Shown here piece by piece: positions 37,818-48,182 of a stretch of 64,000 bases of DNA; position 1 is the stretch's first letter, and each line of letters opens with the position of its first letter. This stretch comes from Alphaproteobacteria bacterium (GTDB lineage: Bacteria; Pseudomonadota; Alphaproteobacteria; Micavibrionales; Micavibrionaceae). Made by a program: the position numbers and the translations under genes. Where the stretch lies: contig JAHDXS010000001.1 of the NCBI GenBank assembly GCA_023384135.1, positions 965,878 to 1,029,877 of the forward strand. Direction: 5' to 3'. Below the pieces are notes generated by a model that saw nothing but the letters and a program-made list of their open reading frames with translations, was not told where the DNA came from and searched no databases.

Positions 37818-39920
37818 ATGCTTTTCAACAATGCGTGCAATAAGCTGGGCGTGCTCCTGCTCGCCGCAAGCGCATGGATCGTGAGTGCAACGCCAGCTCA
37901 CGCGGACAACACGCGCCCCAGCCCCTTCCTGACCGGATCGCTGGGCTTGAACACCATCCCCAGCGCCCGCATGGATGAACCGGGAACGGTCCGCGCCGGC
38001 GTCTCGACGCTCGATCCTTATATCCACAGCTTCGCGGGAATCCAGATCGCCGCGCCGCTTTATATCAACTTGCGCCAGACGGCGGAAATATCAAACCTGC
38101 GCGACTCCGCCGACCGCCTTTATCCGGGGATGGATATCAAACTCCGCCTTGCCCGCGAAGGCCCGCGCACCCCGGAAGTCTCGGTCGGCATCCAGTCCGC
38201 TCTGGGCCACAAACGCATGGCGGGCGAATATCTGGCGCTGTCCAAGCGGCTCGGCGATTTCGACCTGACCGCCGGGCTCGGCTGGGGCCGCTTCGCGAGC
38301 GCCGCCCACCTCAAAAACCCGCTGCGCGTTCTGGGCAGCCATTTTTCGGACTCCCGCCCTCTCGATGGCGAGGGCGCGAACGAACCCTCGCAATGGTTCA
38401 CGGGCAAAAAGATCGGCCTGTTCGCCGGAGTGGAATATTTCACGCCGATCGAAGGGCTCTCCCTCAAATTTGATTACGGCGCCGACGAATACACCGCCGA
38501 ACATGCGGCCTTCGGCTATGACCGCCCCGCCCCGTGGTCCGCCGGATTGTCTTATTCCCCCGCCGATTGGATCAGCGCGGGCATAGCGATGCAGGGCACG
38601 GACAAAATCATGGGCCGCATTAGCCTTCAAGCCAACCCAACGGGCTGGCCGCTGCGCGAAAAATCCTATGATCCGCCGAAAACTTACTACGCTCTGCACG
38701 GCCCGGAACCCGAACTGGAGCGCATCGACCGAAGACCGGAGCATGATCTCCTTCTGGATCGCATAAAAATCGACAACGGCATCGCGCAAGCCGACCTCCA
38801 TCTCGCGCAAACCGGCAGCGCGCCTCAGCAAATTGGCCGCGCGGCCCGCGCCGTTACCCCGCATACGGGCACAGACATACAAGCTTTGGAGTTTCGCTTG
38901 ATCTCCCTAGGCTTACGCGGCCCATCGGTGCGTTTTATAAAATCGGATTTAGAGCACGCAATTTCTCTTGAAAAACAAGGCAGTCCGCAAGAAATCTGGA
39001 CAAACACTGAAATTTCAGGCACTCAACACAAAAATAAAAACGATGCGAAGCGGATATTAAAAAAATTACCTTATCTACACCTATGGATAACACAAGACAA
39101 CCAGATCAGCCTCGCGGAGGAAGAGACCGGAATCCTGTTCCGCTCCTCGCTGATCGCGGAAGCCCGCGCACCTGAGCTTTTGGGCCTGATGACCCTTGGC
39201 GGCGCGTTCCGTTTGAACCTCGGGGACAACCTTCACCGCCTTGACGACGCCCGCGCCCTGCTGCCCGTTCGCGGGGATGTGGGCCGTTTTGCCGATCGTT
39301 CAATCGGGCTCGACCGCCTGTATGCGGCAACAACCCACAGCCTGTCCCCGGAAATACACACAAGCCTCACCGCCGGATATCTTGAGGAAATGTTTGCCGG
39401 AGCAGGCGGCGAAATCATCTATCGCCCCTTCCGCTCCCGTTTCGCGCTGGGCGCAGAATTATGGCAGGCGATGAAACGCGACCCGCAAACATCTCTGAAT
39501 CTCGGCCTCACGGGCGATATGGCGCTCACCGGGCATCTCAACGCTTGGTACGACTGGCCGGGCGAAAACGTCACGGCCTACGTAAAGGCAGGGCGTTACC
39601 TCGCCGGAGATCTCGGCGTCACGGCGGGACTGGAAAAATCCTTCGCGAACGGCGCAAAGCTGGAGGGATTCGTAACGCTGACCGATAACGCGGACGTGGA
39701 CCTCTTCGGCGGCGAAACCCATGCCTTCCATGGCGTCAGCCTCTCCCTCCCGCTTGGCGGCGCACCTTACGTGCCGGACGGCAGCACCTTTAAATTCCGC
39801 GCCGAACCTTTCGGGCGTAATACAGGACAAAGCATCGACAAACCCATAAGCCTCTATGCTTTGACCGAGCCGTTCACGTTCGACCATATGGCACAAAATT
39901 GGGCGGATATTGTTGAATAA
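37818..39920 (+). CDS. YjbH-family outer-membrane exopolysaccharide protein
   Basis: Blocks conserved with E. coli YjbH: GLNTIPSARM, TAGLGWGRF...LKNPL, GLFAGVEYFTP, GYLEEMFAGAGGEIIYRP. Start chosen at MLFNNA before the signal peptide; the ORF Met at 37728 is also possible. Confidence 0.8.
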   Translation: MLFNNACNKLGVLLLAASAWIVSATPAHADNTRPSPFLTGSLGLNTIPSARMDEPGTVRAGVSTLDPYIHSFAGIQIAAPLYINLRQTAEISNLRDSADRLYPGMDIKLRLAREGPRTPEVSVGIQSALGHKRMAGEYLALSKRLGDFDLTAGLGWGRFASAAHLKNPLRVLGSHFSDSRPLDGEGANEPSQWFTGKKIGLFAGVEYFTPIEGLSLKFDYGADEYTAEHAAFGYDRPAPWSAGLSYSPADWISAGIAMQGTDKIMGRISLQANPTGWPLREKSYDPPKTYYALHGPEPELERIDRRPEHDLLLDRIKIDNGIAQADLHLAQTGSAPQQIGRAARAVTPHTGTDIQALEFRLISLGLRGPSVRFIKSDLEHAISLEKQGSPQEIWTNTEISGTQHKNKNDAKRILKKLPYLHLWITQDNQISLAEEETGILFRSSLIAEARAPELLGLMTLGGAFRLNLGDNLHRLDDARALLPVRGDVGRFADRSIGLDRLYAATTHSLSPEIHTSLTAGYLEEMFAGAGGEIIYRPFRSRFALGAELWQAMKRDPQTSLNLGLTGDMALTGHLNAWYDWPGENVTAYVKAGRYLAGDLGVTAGLEKSFANGAKLEGFVTLTDNADVDLFGGETHAFHGVSLSLPLGGAPYVPDGSTFKFRAEPFGRNTGQSIDKPISLYALTEPFTFDHMAQNWADIVE

Positions 39921-39923
39921 GGT

Positions 39924-40928
39924 TCAGGGCGTAAAGTCTTCCGGCGTAAAATCCACGGCCCGCCCTGCAGGCTGATAGGGCTGCACGAACACCCGGTCAT
40001 GATACCGCTCGGGAATCTGCTCCGCCAGCTCGGGCGAAACGGTCAAAATCCCCTCCTGCACGAAACGCTCCCGGTTCATACGCAAAATCTCAGGATCTTC
40101 GGGATAGACATAATTCGCCATTACCCCGTGCGCCAATTCCAGATCCAGTCGGCTGTCCTGATTGGTCGGGCGGATCGCCGCAAGCAGCGCACCCATCCCC
40201 GCCATATGGAAGGACTGCACCGGGTCGTTGCTGCGGAAAATACCGCCATTCGCCCCCTGCACGGGCATGAGGTAATCGAACGCGTGATCTTTAAGCTCCT
40301 GCCCCTCGATCTTCAGGCTCACAATCCCCTGCTCGGCCAACCAGCTGGCAAACCCCTTATTCCCCGCGCGCAAAGGCGAAAGCGTGGACAAAACGGCATC
40401 TGGAGCATGCGAATAGACATAAGAGTGAACATTCCCGATCAAGGTTTCCCCCGCCTTAGGGAAGTTGGAGGAAATCGTATAGGGCACGATCACCTTGGGG
40501 GAATCGGAAAGCGGAATGACGGGCGATTTCAAAATCGGCTTGATCCGGTCAGGCAGTTGCGGCTGATCATTCCAGTACGTGTAGACCACCGCCGTGGGGA
40601 ACCACTTCCCGCCCTCATCCTGCACCGCCATCGCCATCGCCAGCTTGTTAGTGCCGGGATCGCCCAGACGAGCCACGAGTTGCTCGGTCCTTTTGGGCGC
40701 ATGAACGGCATCGAACAGCCGCTCATGGATACCCCCGAACTGGCTGTCCTGCGTCACAACAACGAACTGCTGCTCCGGAGTGATCCGCTTGATCGCCGCC
40801 TTGAGAGCGTCCTGCCCCTCCTCGTCCAGCCGCTGCTTGTGCGGCGAAAGCCGCTCATAGATCGCCACGGCCTCGGAAAGGCTGAGAGCATTAAAATCGT
40901 CAGGAGGTTCAGGATTAAACATCGTCAA
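39924..40928 (-). CDS. hypothetical protein (334 aa)
   Basis: Native-GC ORF, no motif recognised. Confidence 0.5.
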   Translation of the reverse strand: MTMFNPEPPDDFNALSLSEAVAIYERLSPHKQRLDEEGQDALKAAIKRITPEQQFVVVTQDSQFGGIHERLFDAVHAPKRTEQLVARLGDPGTNKLAMAMAVQDEGGKWFPTAVVYTYWNDQPQLPDRIKPILKSPVIPLSDSPKVIVPYTISSNFPKAGETLIGNVHSYVYSHAPDAVLSTLSPLRAGNKGFASWLAEQGIVSLKIEGQELKDHAFDYLMPVQGANGGIFRSNDPVQSFHMAGMGALLAAIRPTNQDSRLDLELAHGVMANYVYPEDPEILRMNRERFVQEGILTVSPELAEQIPERYHDRVFVQPYQPAGRAVDFTPEDFTP

Positions 40929-41043
40929 AGCCCGCTCAAAAATATTTTATTTCCTGTAATAAACAACATAGCAAATCACCCGTCAATATTTCGATAATTT
41001 GCTGCGCTGCAAAGCAATTATTGAAATGGTACAGTCCTGAGCA

Positions 41044-41072
41044 TAAAAAAACCGCCCGAAGGCGGTTTTTTC
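41044..41072. terminator. bidirectional rho-independent terminator
   Basis: AAAAAAA-ACCGCC-cgaa-GGCGGT-TTTTT. Confidence 0.75.
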
Positions 41073-41283
41073 AGTTCGCATTTTTTAGTGTTTGGTTTGG
41101 AGGTGCCCCTTTTGGGTTCTCTTGTGTCCCGTCACGCCCCCGGTCAATTCTAAAATCTTCAGTACAAGGTATTGGGTTACATCTTGTTCATCGGTTAGGA
41201 CAGAATTTTAAGGTTGCCCCTGCTCAATTCCATAATCCTATAATTCCATGATAGATAAAATTTTATGTAAATTGCAAACTTAT

Positions 41284-42306
41284 TTATTTTTTGAGCATTT
41301 TCAATAACTTGGAAAAGTCTTCTGGCGGCTCGGCCTCGAATTCCATCTCATCTTGGGTGCGCGGATGGATAAAACGAAGCGCGGCGGCATGCAGCGCCTG
41401 CCTCGGAAAGGCGCAGATTTCCTCGATAACTTCCGGCTCGTAGCCGCCTTTCTTGAGCTTGGCGGCCAGCGCCGTCCTCTGCGGCCCATAAAGCGGATCG
41501 CCGACCAGCGGGTGTCCCAGAACCTGCATATGGACGCGGATTTGGTGCGTCCGCCCGGTCTCCAGATCGCATTGCACGAGGGCGCAGGCCTCCCCGAAGC
41601 GTTCAGCCACCAGATAATGCGTCCGCGCATCCCGCAGCCCCGTCCCGCTCGTTCCCATCCGAAGGCGGCTGTTGCGGTCGCGCCCGATGGCCCGGTCAAC
41701 GACACCCTTGATGGGAAACGGCACACCGAGAACGACCGCGAAATACGTCCGGCTCAGGCTGCGGTCCGAAAGCTGTTCCGCCAGATGCCGATGCGCCTTG
41801 TCGTTTTTGGCGACGATGATCAAACCGCTGGTCTCTTTATCCAGCCTATGCACGATGCCCGGGCGCACGACGCCGCCGATGCCCGACAGGCTGTCCGCGC
41901 AATGATGCAGCAGCGCATTCACAAGCGTCCCGCTCCAGTTCCCCGCGCCGGGGTGCACGACCATCCCCGCTGGCTTGTTAATAACCAAAAGATCGTCGTC
42001 TTCATAAACGACAGCAAGCGGGATGTCCTCCGCCTCCGGCACGCTCTGCACCGGCGCAGGCATGAGAATGCGCACCGCGGCCCCCGCCTCCAGCTTGAGC
42101 GAAGCCGACTCCAGAACCTCGTCATCGACGAAAACCTGCCCTTGCACGATCAGCGCCTGAAGCCGCGTGCGCGAAAGATCGGGGCACAGCGCGGCCAGAG
42201 CCTTATCGGCCCGCTGTCCGGCCTGCTCGTCGGAGATAACAAGGTCGAGGATATCCTCGCCGGACACATCGTCCGCGGCGAGATCTTCGGGGTCGGATTC
42301 ATTCAT
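41284..42306 (-). CDS. rluD: RluA-family 23S rRNA pseudouridine synthase (RluD-like, with S4 domain)
   Basis: VHRLDKETSGLIIVAKN catalytic Asp motif. N-terminal S4-like region. Confidence 0.85.
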   Translation of the reverse strand: MNESDPEDLAADDVSGEDILDLVISDEQAGQRADKALAALCPDLSRTRLQALIVQGQVFVDDEVLESASLKLEAGAAVRILMPAPVQSVPEAEDIPLAVVYEDDDLLVINKPAGMVVHPGAGNWSGTLVNALLHHCADSLSGIGGVVRPGIVHRLDKETSGLIIVAKNDKAHRHLAEQLSDRSLSRTYFAVVLGVPFPIKGVVDRAIGRDRNSRLRMGTSGTGLRDARTHYLVAERFGEACALVQCDLETGRTHQIRVHMQVLGHPLVGDPLYGPQRTALAAKLKKGGYEPEVIEEICAFPRQALHAAALRFIHPRTQDEMEFEAEPPEDFSKLLKMLKK

Positions 42307-42315
42307 AACGCATAC

Positions 42316-43962
42316 TCAAGGTAAGGCGGTTTCCGGTTTAATACACGGGTCCTTATACTCCTCCGGACCGTTCCCGGCAAACACCCATCCATCCAGCGTC
42401 GTTTTGGGTAAGGCGGCCTCCTCCGCCGGTGCGGGCGCAGCCTCATCTTTCTTTTCGACGGACTCTGCCACTTTTTTATTCAAAAGCGCCAACCCGGACA
42501 GCGAACCGTCCGGCACCGCAGCCTCGGGCAGATTGGGCGCAGGCGCGGCATTCTGCCCGTTCGTCGGCAATGCGCCGACCGTAAGCTCCGCCCCCGGCAA
42601 CCCCGCCTTGCTCAAAACCGCCGCGTCCACGCCGCCGCTCGCAGGCGGATCGTTCATCCCCGCGAACTTCTGATAGATCTCGGCATACGGCGTCTCGGCG
42701 CTCCCGGCGATAAGGAACCGCCCGTCCCCGCTAATCACAAGCTGATAGGCGTTCGCCCCAAAGCCCTTAAAATAGCTTTCGCCCGAGAGCGTCACCCCCC
42801 GCGGGTTCAATAGCAGCGTATGAACATAATCCATCTTGCCGATGATCGTCCCGTCCTCCTCCATCAGCGGCACCTTGGGCGCCTTGGGGTCTCTCTCCCC
42901 CGGCACCCGCGCCTGCATCATCACCGCGATCGGCCCCTGAGGATGCACCGCGATGTCCGCGGCGTAATAATGATAGGCGCCATTAAAAAAGCGCTGCCAC
43001 TTCACCTGCCCGCTCGAAGCATCCAGCAGCATCAGCCAGCTTCCGACATTTCCGCCATCGATCGGCAGAGCGTCTCCGAGCGTAAGAATATAATCGCGCT
43101 GATACCCGGCCGAGCGTTTGATCTTCGCATGGCGACCGCGCGAAAAGGGCTGTTGCCAGACCATCGCCGCATCCGGCCCCAGGCGCATGATCCACCCCGA
43201 CTTGCGCCCCCCTTCGTAATCCACATAGCCAGTGGCGATGATCGCCTCGCCCTTCTCCTCGCCATAAAGCCCGGCGGAAATACCCAAAATCTCTGCGCTC
43301 GCCCCCATCACATAGGCCCGCTTGATGATAAATTTACCCTTTACATCGAAAACACGCACTTCAGGGCTGTAGGTATAAACAGGCTTATCCGGCGTTCCGC
43401 CCTTCGTTTCATGGCTGAGCGCGATCACAATCCGCTTGCCGTCGGGGCTGAGCGCCATATCTCGCCCGATCAGGTCGCGCCCCTTTTCGCGGATCACCTT
43501 TTGATCCTTGAAGCCGCCCTGATCGTCGAAAAACCCGATCCAGACCGTCTTACCCTCGCCCTTTAGATCCCTGTTGGCCATCAGCACGATCCGGTCACCG
43601 GCCTTAACGATTTTCACGACCTCGGTGACTGCGCTGACGTTATGGTACTTTTCCCAAGTCACACGGCCGCGCTTGTCGAACCCGGCCAGCATCACCACCG
43701 GATTCACGCCCGGCAGAGGCGACATTTCACCCGCCGCAAGTGTGACCCCCGCGCCCATATCGACGACGGACTTGAAAACCTCGCGCCGTTGCCCTTCGCT
43801 GAGCACAGCCTCCCAAACGCTGTAAGACCCGAAACCCGGCTCGAACAAGGCAGTGATGGTCTCGTAATTGACATCGCACACGTCCTGAGCCCGCGCAGTC
43901 ATCGGCTGGCAGGCAAGCAAAATACAGGCAAATGAACGCAAGAGGATAAATCTGTTGAGCAT
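42316..43962 (-). CDS. secreted hypothetical protein (possible beta-propeller)
   Basis: Signal peptide MLNRFILLRSFACILLACQPMTARA. C-terminal Ala/Pro-rich tail. Confidence 0.55.
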   Translation of the reverse strand: MLNRFILLRSFACILLACQPMTARAQDVCDVNYETITALFEPGFGSYSVWEAVLSEGQRREVFKSVVDMGAGVTLAAGEMSPLPGVNPVVMLAGFDKRGRVTWEKYHNVSAVTEVVKIVKAGDRIVLMANRDLKGEGKTVWIGFFDDQGGFKDQKVIREKGRDLIGRDMALSPDGKRIVIALSHETKGGTPDKPVYTYSPEVRVFDVKGKFIIKRAYVMGASAEILGISAGLYGEEKGEAIIATGYVDYEGGRKSGWIMRLGPDAAMVWQQPFSRGRHAKIKRSAGYQRDYILTLGDALPIDGGNVGSWLMLLDASSGQVKWQRFFNGAYHYYAADIAVHPQGPIAVMMQARVPGERDPKAPKVPLMEEDGTIIGKMDYVHTLLLNPRGVTLSGESYFKGFGANAYQLVISGDGRFLIAGSAETPYAEIYQKFAGMNDPPASGGVDAAVLSKAGLPGAELTVGALPTNGQNAAPAPNLPEAAVPDGSLSGLALLNKKVAESVEKKDEAAPAPAEEAALPKTTLDGWVFAGNGPEEYKDPCIKPETALP

Positions 43963-44022
43963 TCGGACCGGCGCGTCTAGAATCGCATAGCTCAAGTCTA
44001 GAACCCGGCATGTAAAAAGTCT

Positions 44023-45051
44023 ATGAAAGTTCTGATTGTTTCAGACGCCTGGCACCCCCAGATCAACGGTGTGGTCCGCACATATGAATATCTCTCGCGC
44101 GAGTTGGAAAAACTGGGCATAGATGTTCAGGTGATCGGGCCTGCGCACTTTCCGGCGACCCTGCCGATGATCTTCTATCCCGAAATACGACTGGCCGTGC
44201 GCCCCTACCGCCGCCTTAAGCGCCTGATCGATGAATACGCGCCCGACAAAATCCACATCGCCACCGAGGGGCCGCTCGGCTGGGCCGCCCGCAAATACTG
44301 CCTGCGCCATGATCGGGCCTTCACAACCTCATATCACACCCAGTTTCCCGACTACATCGCACGGCGCTTTGCATGGCTGATTCCCCCGCTTTACAAGGCG
44401 GCGCATCAGGGCGCGATACGCCTGGTCCGGAATTTCCACAACGCGTCCAGCGCCGTAATGGTCTCGACCCCCAGCGTCGAAAACCAACTCCGCGCATGGG
44501 GCTTCACCGCACCGATGAAACGTCTGTCGCGCGGCGTGGATACCAGCCTCTTTAACCCCGGCCCCAAAACGCTCTTTGAAAATCTCAAGCGCCCGGTGGC
44601 GCTTTATGTTGGTCGGATCGCCATCGAAAAGAACCTTGAGGATTTTCTGGAGATGCCCTGGCCCGGTTCCAAGGTCATCGTAGGCGACGGCCCGGTGAGG
44701 GCGCGGCTAAGCAAAAAATATAAGGACACGCTTTTCGCAGGCACGAAACAGGGCCGCGAACTCGCCGCCCACTTCCGCTCCGCCGACGTGTTCGTTTTTC
44801 CCTCGAAAACAGATACGTTTGGCATCGTATTGATTGAATCCATGGCCTGCGGCCTGCCCGTGGCGGGCTATAACGTCACCGGGCCCAAGGACATCATAAC
44901 CGAACCCCATCTGGGCGCACTCGACGACCATTCCCTTGAAAAAGCGGCTCTTTTAGCCCTTTCCCGGAGCGACCCGCAGGGATGCATCGAGCATGTCCGG
45001 CAAAATTACACCTGGGAACAGGCCGCCAGACAGTTCCTCGGCGCCATCTGA
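44023..45051 (+). CDS. glycosyltransferase family 4 (GT1 fold)
   Basis: MKVLIVSDAWHPQINGV. C-terminal E-x7-E-like region FPSKTDTFGIVLIESMACGLP. Confidence 0.8.
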   Translation: MKVLIVSDAWHPQINGVVRTYEYLSRELEKLGIDVQVIGPAHFPATLPMIFYPEIRLAVRPYRRLKRLIDEYAPDKIHIATEGPLGWAARKYCLRHDRAFTTSYHTQFPDYIARRFAWLIPPLYKAAHQGAIRLVRNFHNASSAVMVSTPSVENQLRAWGFTAPMKRLSRGVDTSLFNPGPKTLFENLKRPVALYVGRIAIEKNLEDFLEMPWPGSKVIVGDGPVRARLSKKYKDTLFAGTKQGRELAAHFRSADVFVFPSKTDTFGIVLIESMACGLPVAGYNVTGPKDIITEPHLGALDDHSLEKAALLALSRSDPQGCIEHVRQNYTWEQAARQFLGAI

Positions 45052-45135
45052 CCCCCCCGCCGCCCTTTTTTGTATTTGCACTCACGGGCCCTTCCCCCCT
45101 ACACTCCAAGACTACAGGGGGATAAACAGCGCGGA

Positions 45136-45498
45136 ATGGCCAAGATACTACTCGCCGAAGATGACGAATCCATGCTCAATTTCCTTGAGCTGGCGCTTCG
45201 CCGCGCCGGACACGACGTCATCTCCGCACTCGACGGCCTGGAGGCCCTTGAAATCATGGAGGACGGGGAGGAATTCGACCTGCTCCTCACCGATATCGTA
45301 ATGCCCGGCATCGACGGCATCGAACTGGCGCAAAAAGCCATGGAAATCCAGTCGGATATCAAGGTTATGTTCATCACCGGCTTCGCCGCCATGGCGCTGG
45401 GCCGGACGGGAATGCAGGTCAGCGAAACCAAACTGCTCTCCAAACCCTTCCATCTGGGCGAGCTTGTGGACCGGATCGAGGAAATTCTGGCCGCCTGA
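45136..45498 (+). CDS. cpdR: single-domain response regulator CpdR
   Basis: MAKILLAEDD...LLLTDIVMPGIDGIELAQKA...IKVMFITGFAA...LSKPFHLGELV closely matches alpha-proteobacterial CpdR. Confidence 0.88.
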   Translation: MAKILLAEDDESMLNFLELALRRAGHDVISALDGLEALEIMEDGEEFDLLLTDIVMPGIDGIELAQKAMEIQSDIKVMFITGFAAMALGRTGMQVSETKLLSKPFHLGELVDRIEEILAA

Positions 45499-45602
45499 CC
45501 CCCGGTTTTCCTCAAAAAATCCCGATTTATGCCCGAGCGCCGCTTATAAACGCTTGATCTTTTCGGCGTTTTTGATTACCTGATACATCTTATCGCACAG
45601 AG

Positions 45603-45677
45603 TGGGCGGTTAGCTCAGCGGTAGAGCACTTGCTCGACACGCAAGGGGTCACAAGTTCAATCCTTGTACCGCCCACC
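45603..45677 (+). tRNA. tRNA-Val (anticodon GAC)
   Basis: GGGCGGTTAGCTCAGCGGTAGAGCACTTGCTCGACACGCAAGGGGTCACAAGTTCAATCCTTGTACCGCCCACCA. Confidence 0.9.
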
Positions 45678-45695
45678 ATTTCGATCCTGAGAACC

Positions 45696-46589
45696 TCAGA
45701 ACAACTCCATCAGCATACACCGTGCCGACCCGCCGCCGTATTTCTCCAAAGTCGGAATGGAACTGGAGACGATCCCCTTAAAATGCTTGCCGATCGTCTC
45801 AAGCTGCGCAGGCTCCAGCGCCGCCCGCGCCGACTCCGAAAGCGTGAGCAACCGCTCGCCGCCCGCGCCAACGACCTCCAGCGCATTGCCGCAATTCAAG
45901 CGCAGCTGCTCCATCGAAATTTCCATGACCTCGTGCGTTGCATTCAGCCGCGCCCGGACCGTCTCCCGGTATTCCGGCAGGATGCACTCGGCACAGAGCG
46001 CCGCCATACTGGTCCCGACATACATAAGATAGTCCGTATGATAGACGGGAATGCCCGCATGGCTCTCCGTCTCGAAAACGATCACCTCGTAATCCATGAA
46101 CGCCGCCCATTTTTTCACAAGCTCCGGGTTTGTGCGCTTGGACAGCGCCGCGTAGGCGATCCTGTTCACATGGTCGGAAACGATGCTCGCCGTGCTCTCC
46201 AGAAACTTCCCGGCATGCTCGTACCCGCTCCAGTCCGTCACATCGGGGTATGATTTCTTCAGCATCTCGATAATGTCGGGCCGCCGCTCCTTCTGGCGGT
46301 TCTCGGAAAGCATCGGGTAAAGCACCATACGCCCGTCATCGTAAACCGACGCCCAGTTGGGAAACACCATGTCCGGCGAACCCCGGTGCCCCTGCACGGT
46401 CGTCACCATCACCCCCGCCTGCACCAGCGCGTCGCGGTAGTCGCGGAACTCGCGGATCGCCGCCGCCGAAATCTCGGCGCGTGAACGGTCGTCCCGCTCC
46501 GCCTGATAGGCGTTCGTCTCCAGCGTCTGCGGGTTGGTGTAAAACTCGGTAGGCTCGATCATCAGAAGATGATTTGTCGATTGTCTCAT
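45696..46589 (-). CDS. amidinotransferase/arginine-deiminase-superfamily protein (COG4874-like)
   Basis: LMIEPTEFYTNPQT N-terminus. C-terminal catalytic Cys context GGGSARCM. Confidence 0.7.
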   Translation of the reverse strand: MRQSTNHLLMIEPTEFYTNPQTLETNAYQAERDDRSRAEISAAAIREFRDYRDALVQAGVMVTTVQGHRGSPDMVFPNWASVYDDGRMVLYPMLSENRQKERRPDIIEMLKKSYPDVTDWSGYEHAGKFLESTASIVSDHVNRIAYAALSKRTNPELVKKWAAFMDYEVIVFETESHAGIPVYHTDYLMYVGTSMAALCAECILPEYRETVRARLNATHEVMEISMEQLRLNCGNALEVVGAGGERLLTLSESARAALEPAQLETIGKHFKGIVSSSIPTLEKYGGGSARCMLMELF

Positions 46590-46718
46590 GGCGCTCGATT
46601 ATAACTATTGGAAACACTGCTTACAGAAAACAGCATAGGGGAAAACTGGTTAAAACTATGCCAAAAGACAGGCGCTGTGAAAAGCCTGCACAGGAGTTAT
46701 GAAAAAACACAGAAAGAA

Positions 46719-47030
46719 TTAAGCGCTTATAACCGTTTTGCGGTCCTTAAGGCTATCCTCAAGCATCTCGATCGCCCGAGCGGTCATCGGCGCCTCAAAC
46801 CCTGCGCGACGTATACCCTCAAGCCTCTGGCGCAAGTAAGAAGCACCCACGCAATAGCAATTTGTACGCTGGGTCAGGGGTTTCTCGTCATTGATAAAGA
46901 ATACAGCGCGAAGCCCCATCGGATCTTCAAGCGCATCACAAGGCTCAAGCGCGACCCCGTGGACGTCCTTCTCCCAATTACCCTGCTCATCTGTATTTCT
47001 CGAAGGGACAGAAATATGCGGATTAAACAT
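46719..47030 (-). CDS. AT-rich small hypothetical protein (103 aa)
   Basis: GAGG RBS upstream of MFNPHISV. The opposite-strand ORF is K/R/L-rich and looks antisense. Confidence 0.4.
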   Translation of the reverse strand: MFNPHISVPSRNTDEQGNWEKDVHGVALEPCDALEDPMGLRAVFFINDEKPLTQRTNCYCVGASYLRQRLEGIRRAGFEAPMTARAIEMLEDSLKDRKTVISA

Positions 47031-47240
47031 ACCAACCTCGCAAATAAAACGATAAAAAATGAATTTCAAGACTATACATAAAGTCTGAACAGATTCGCCT
47101 AGAGGGTCAAGGAAATTCAGAGAAAATCTGTTTTAAATCATATGGTTATTGAATAAAATACTTAATAAATTTACTTTCGTAAAAAAATTATGCACAGCTG
47201 TGCGTAAATTGTACAAAAATACAAGGCGCGGAAAACGACA

Positions 47241-48053
47241 ATGCTCTCCTACCAGCACATCTACCATGCGGGCTGCCTGCCCGACCTTCATAAGCACGCG
47301 GCGCTGGCCGCGCTGCTCGAATTGATGGCGGGGAAGGAAAAGCCCTTGTCCTTCATTGAAACGCACGCGGGCCGGGGCTATTACGACCTGAACGCGCCCG
47401 AGGCTCAGAAAACCGGCGAAGCGGCGCAGGGGATCCACCGGATGCTCAAGGAAAACTGGTTCCCGCCGTCCCACCCCTTCATGCGCGTACTCGAACAAAC
47501 GCATAAGACGCACGGCAAAAACACCTACCCCGGCTCCGCCGCGATCGCGCAGTTTTTCTGCCGCCCCGACGATAAAATCCACCTGATGGAACTCCACCCC
47601 GGCGAGGTCATCCACCTGCGCCAGCAGATTATGGGAACAAACATCAGGATCACGCGCGAGGACGGCTATAAGGCCGTGCTGGCCCTCGCCCCCCCGCACC
47701 CGCGCCGGGGGGTTGTCTTTATCGACCCCAGCTATGAGATCAAAACCGAATACGCCGACCTGCCCGGCATCGTGGAAAAGCTGATGCGGCAATGGCCCGT
47801 GGCGGTGCTGATGCTCTGGTATCCCCTGCTCCCCGCCCGCCCGCATGAAGCGATGGTCAAGGCGCTGACGGCCCTCAACATTCCCAAATCCGGCACGTTC
47901 GAGGTGGAATTCGGCCCGCCCCCAGAAACCGGCGCGGGCTGGAAAGCCCTCTACGGCAGCGGCCTCTTCGTCGCCAACGCCCCCTATGGGTTTGAGACGG
48001 CGCTCGGCGCGATCGCGGCGGCGTTGAAAGATAAGTCACTGAAAAAGGAATAA
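47241..48053 (+). CDS. rlmJ: 23S rRNA (adenine2030-N6)-methyltransferase RlmJ
   Basis: MLSYQHIYHAGCLPDLHKH, ETHAGRGYYDL, VFIDPSYE. Confidence 0.88.
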   Translation: MLSYQHIYHAGCLPDLHKHAALAALLELMAGKEKPLSFIETHAGRGYYDLNAPEAQKTGEAAQGIHRMLKENWFPPSHPFMRVLEQTHKTHGKNTYPGSAAIAQFFCRPDDKIHLMELHPGEVIHLRQQIMGTNIRITREDGYKAVLALAPPHPRRGVVFIDPSYEIKTEYADLPGIVEKLMRQWPVAVLMLWYPLLPARPHEAMVKALTALNIPKSGTFEVEFGPPPETGAGWKALYGSGLFVANAPYGFETALGAIAAALKDKSLKKE

Positions 48054-48182
48054 ATTCCACGCGACTCTGCCCCATCACCCCCAATACTCTTTGCTTATTC
48101 CGGGGCGGCCATGATAATCTGGCCCTGAGCGCGAAAGACAGAATCAAAAAACCGCGCCGGGTTATTTTTGGGGTGAAGACGC

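Noticed and set aside
39999-40997. 332 aa plus-strand ORF, and 41353-42324
   Set aside because: Antisense to the hypothetical 334 aa gene and to rluD, respectively. Arg/His/Pro-rich.
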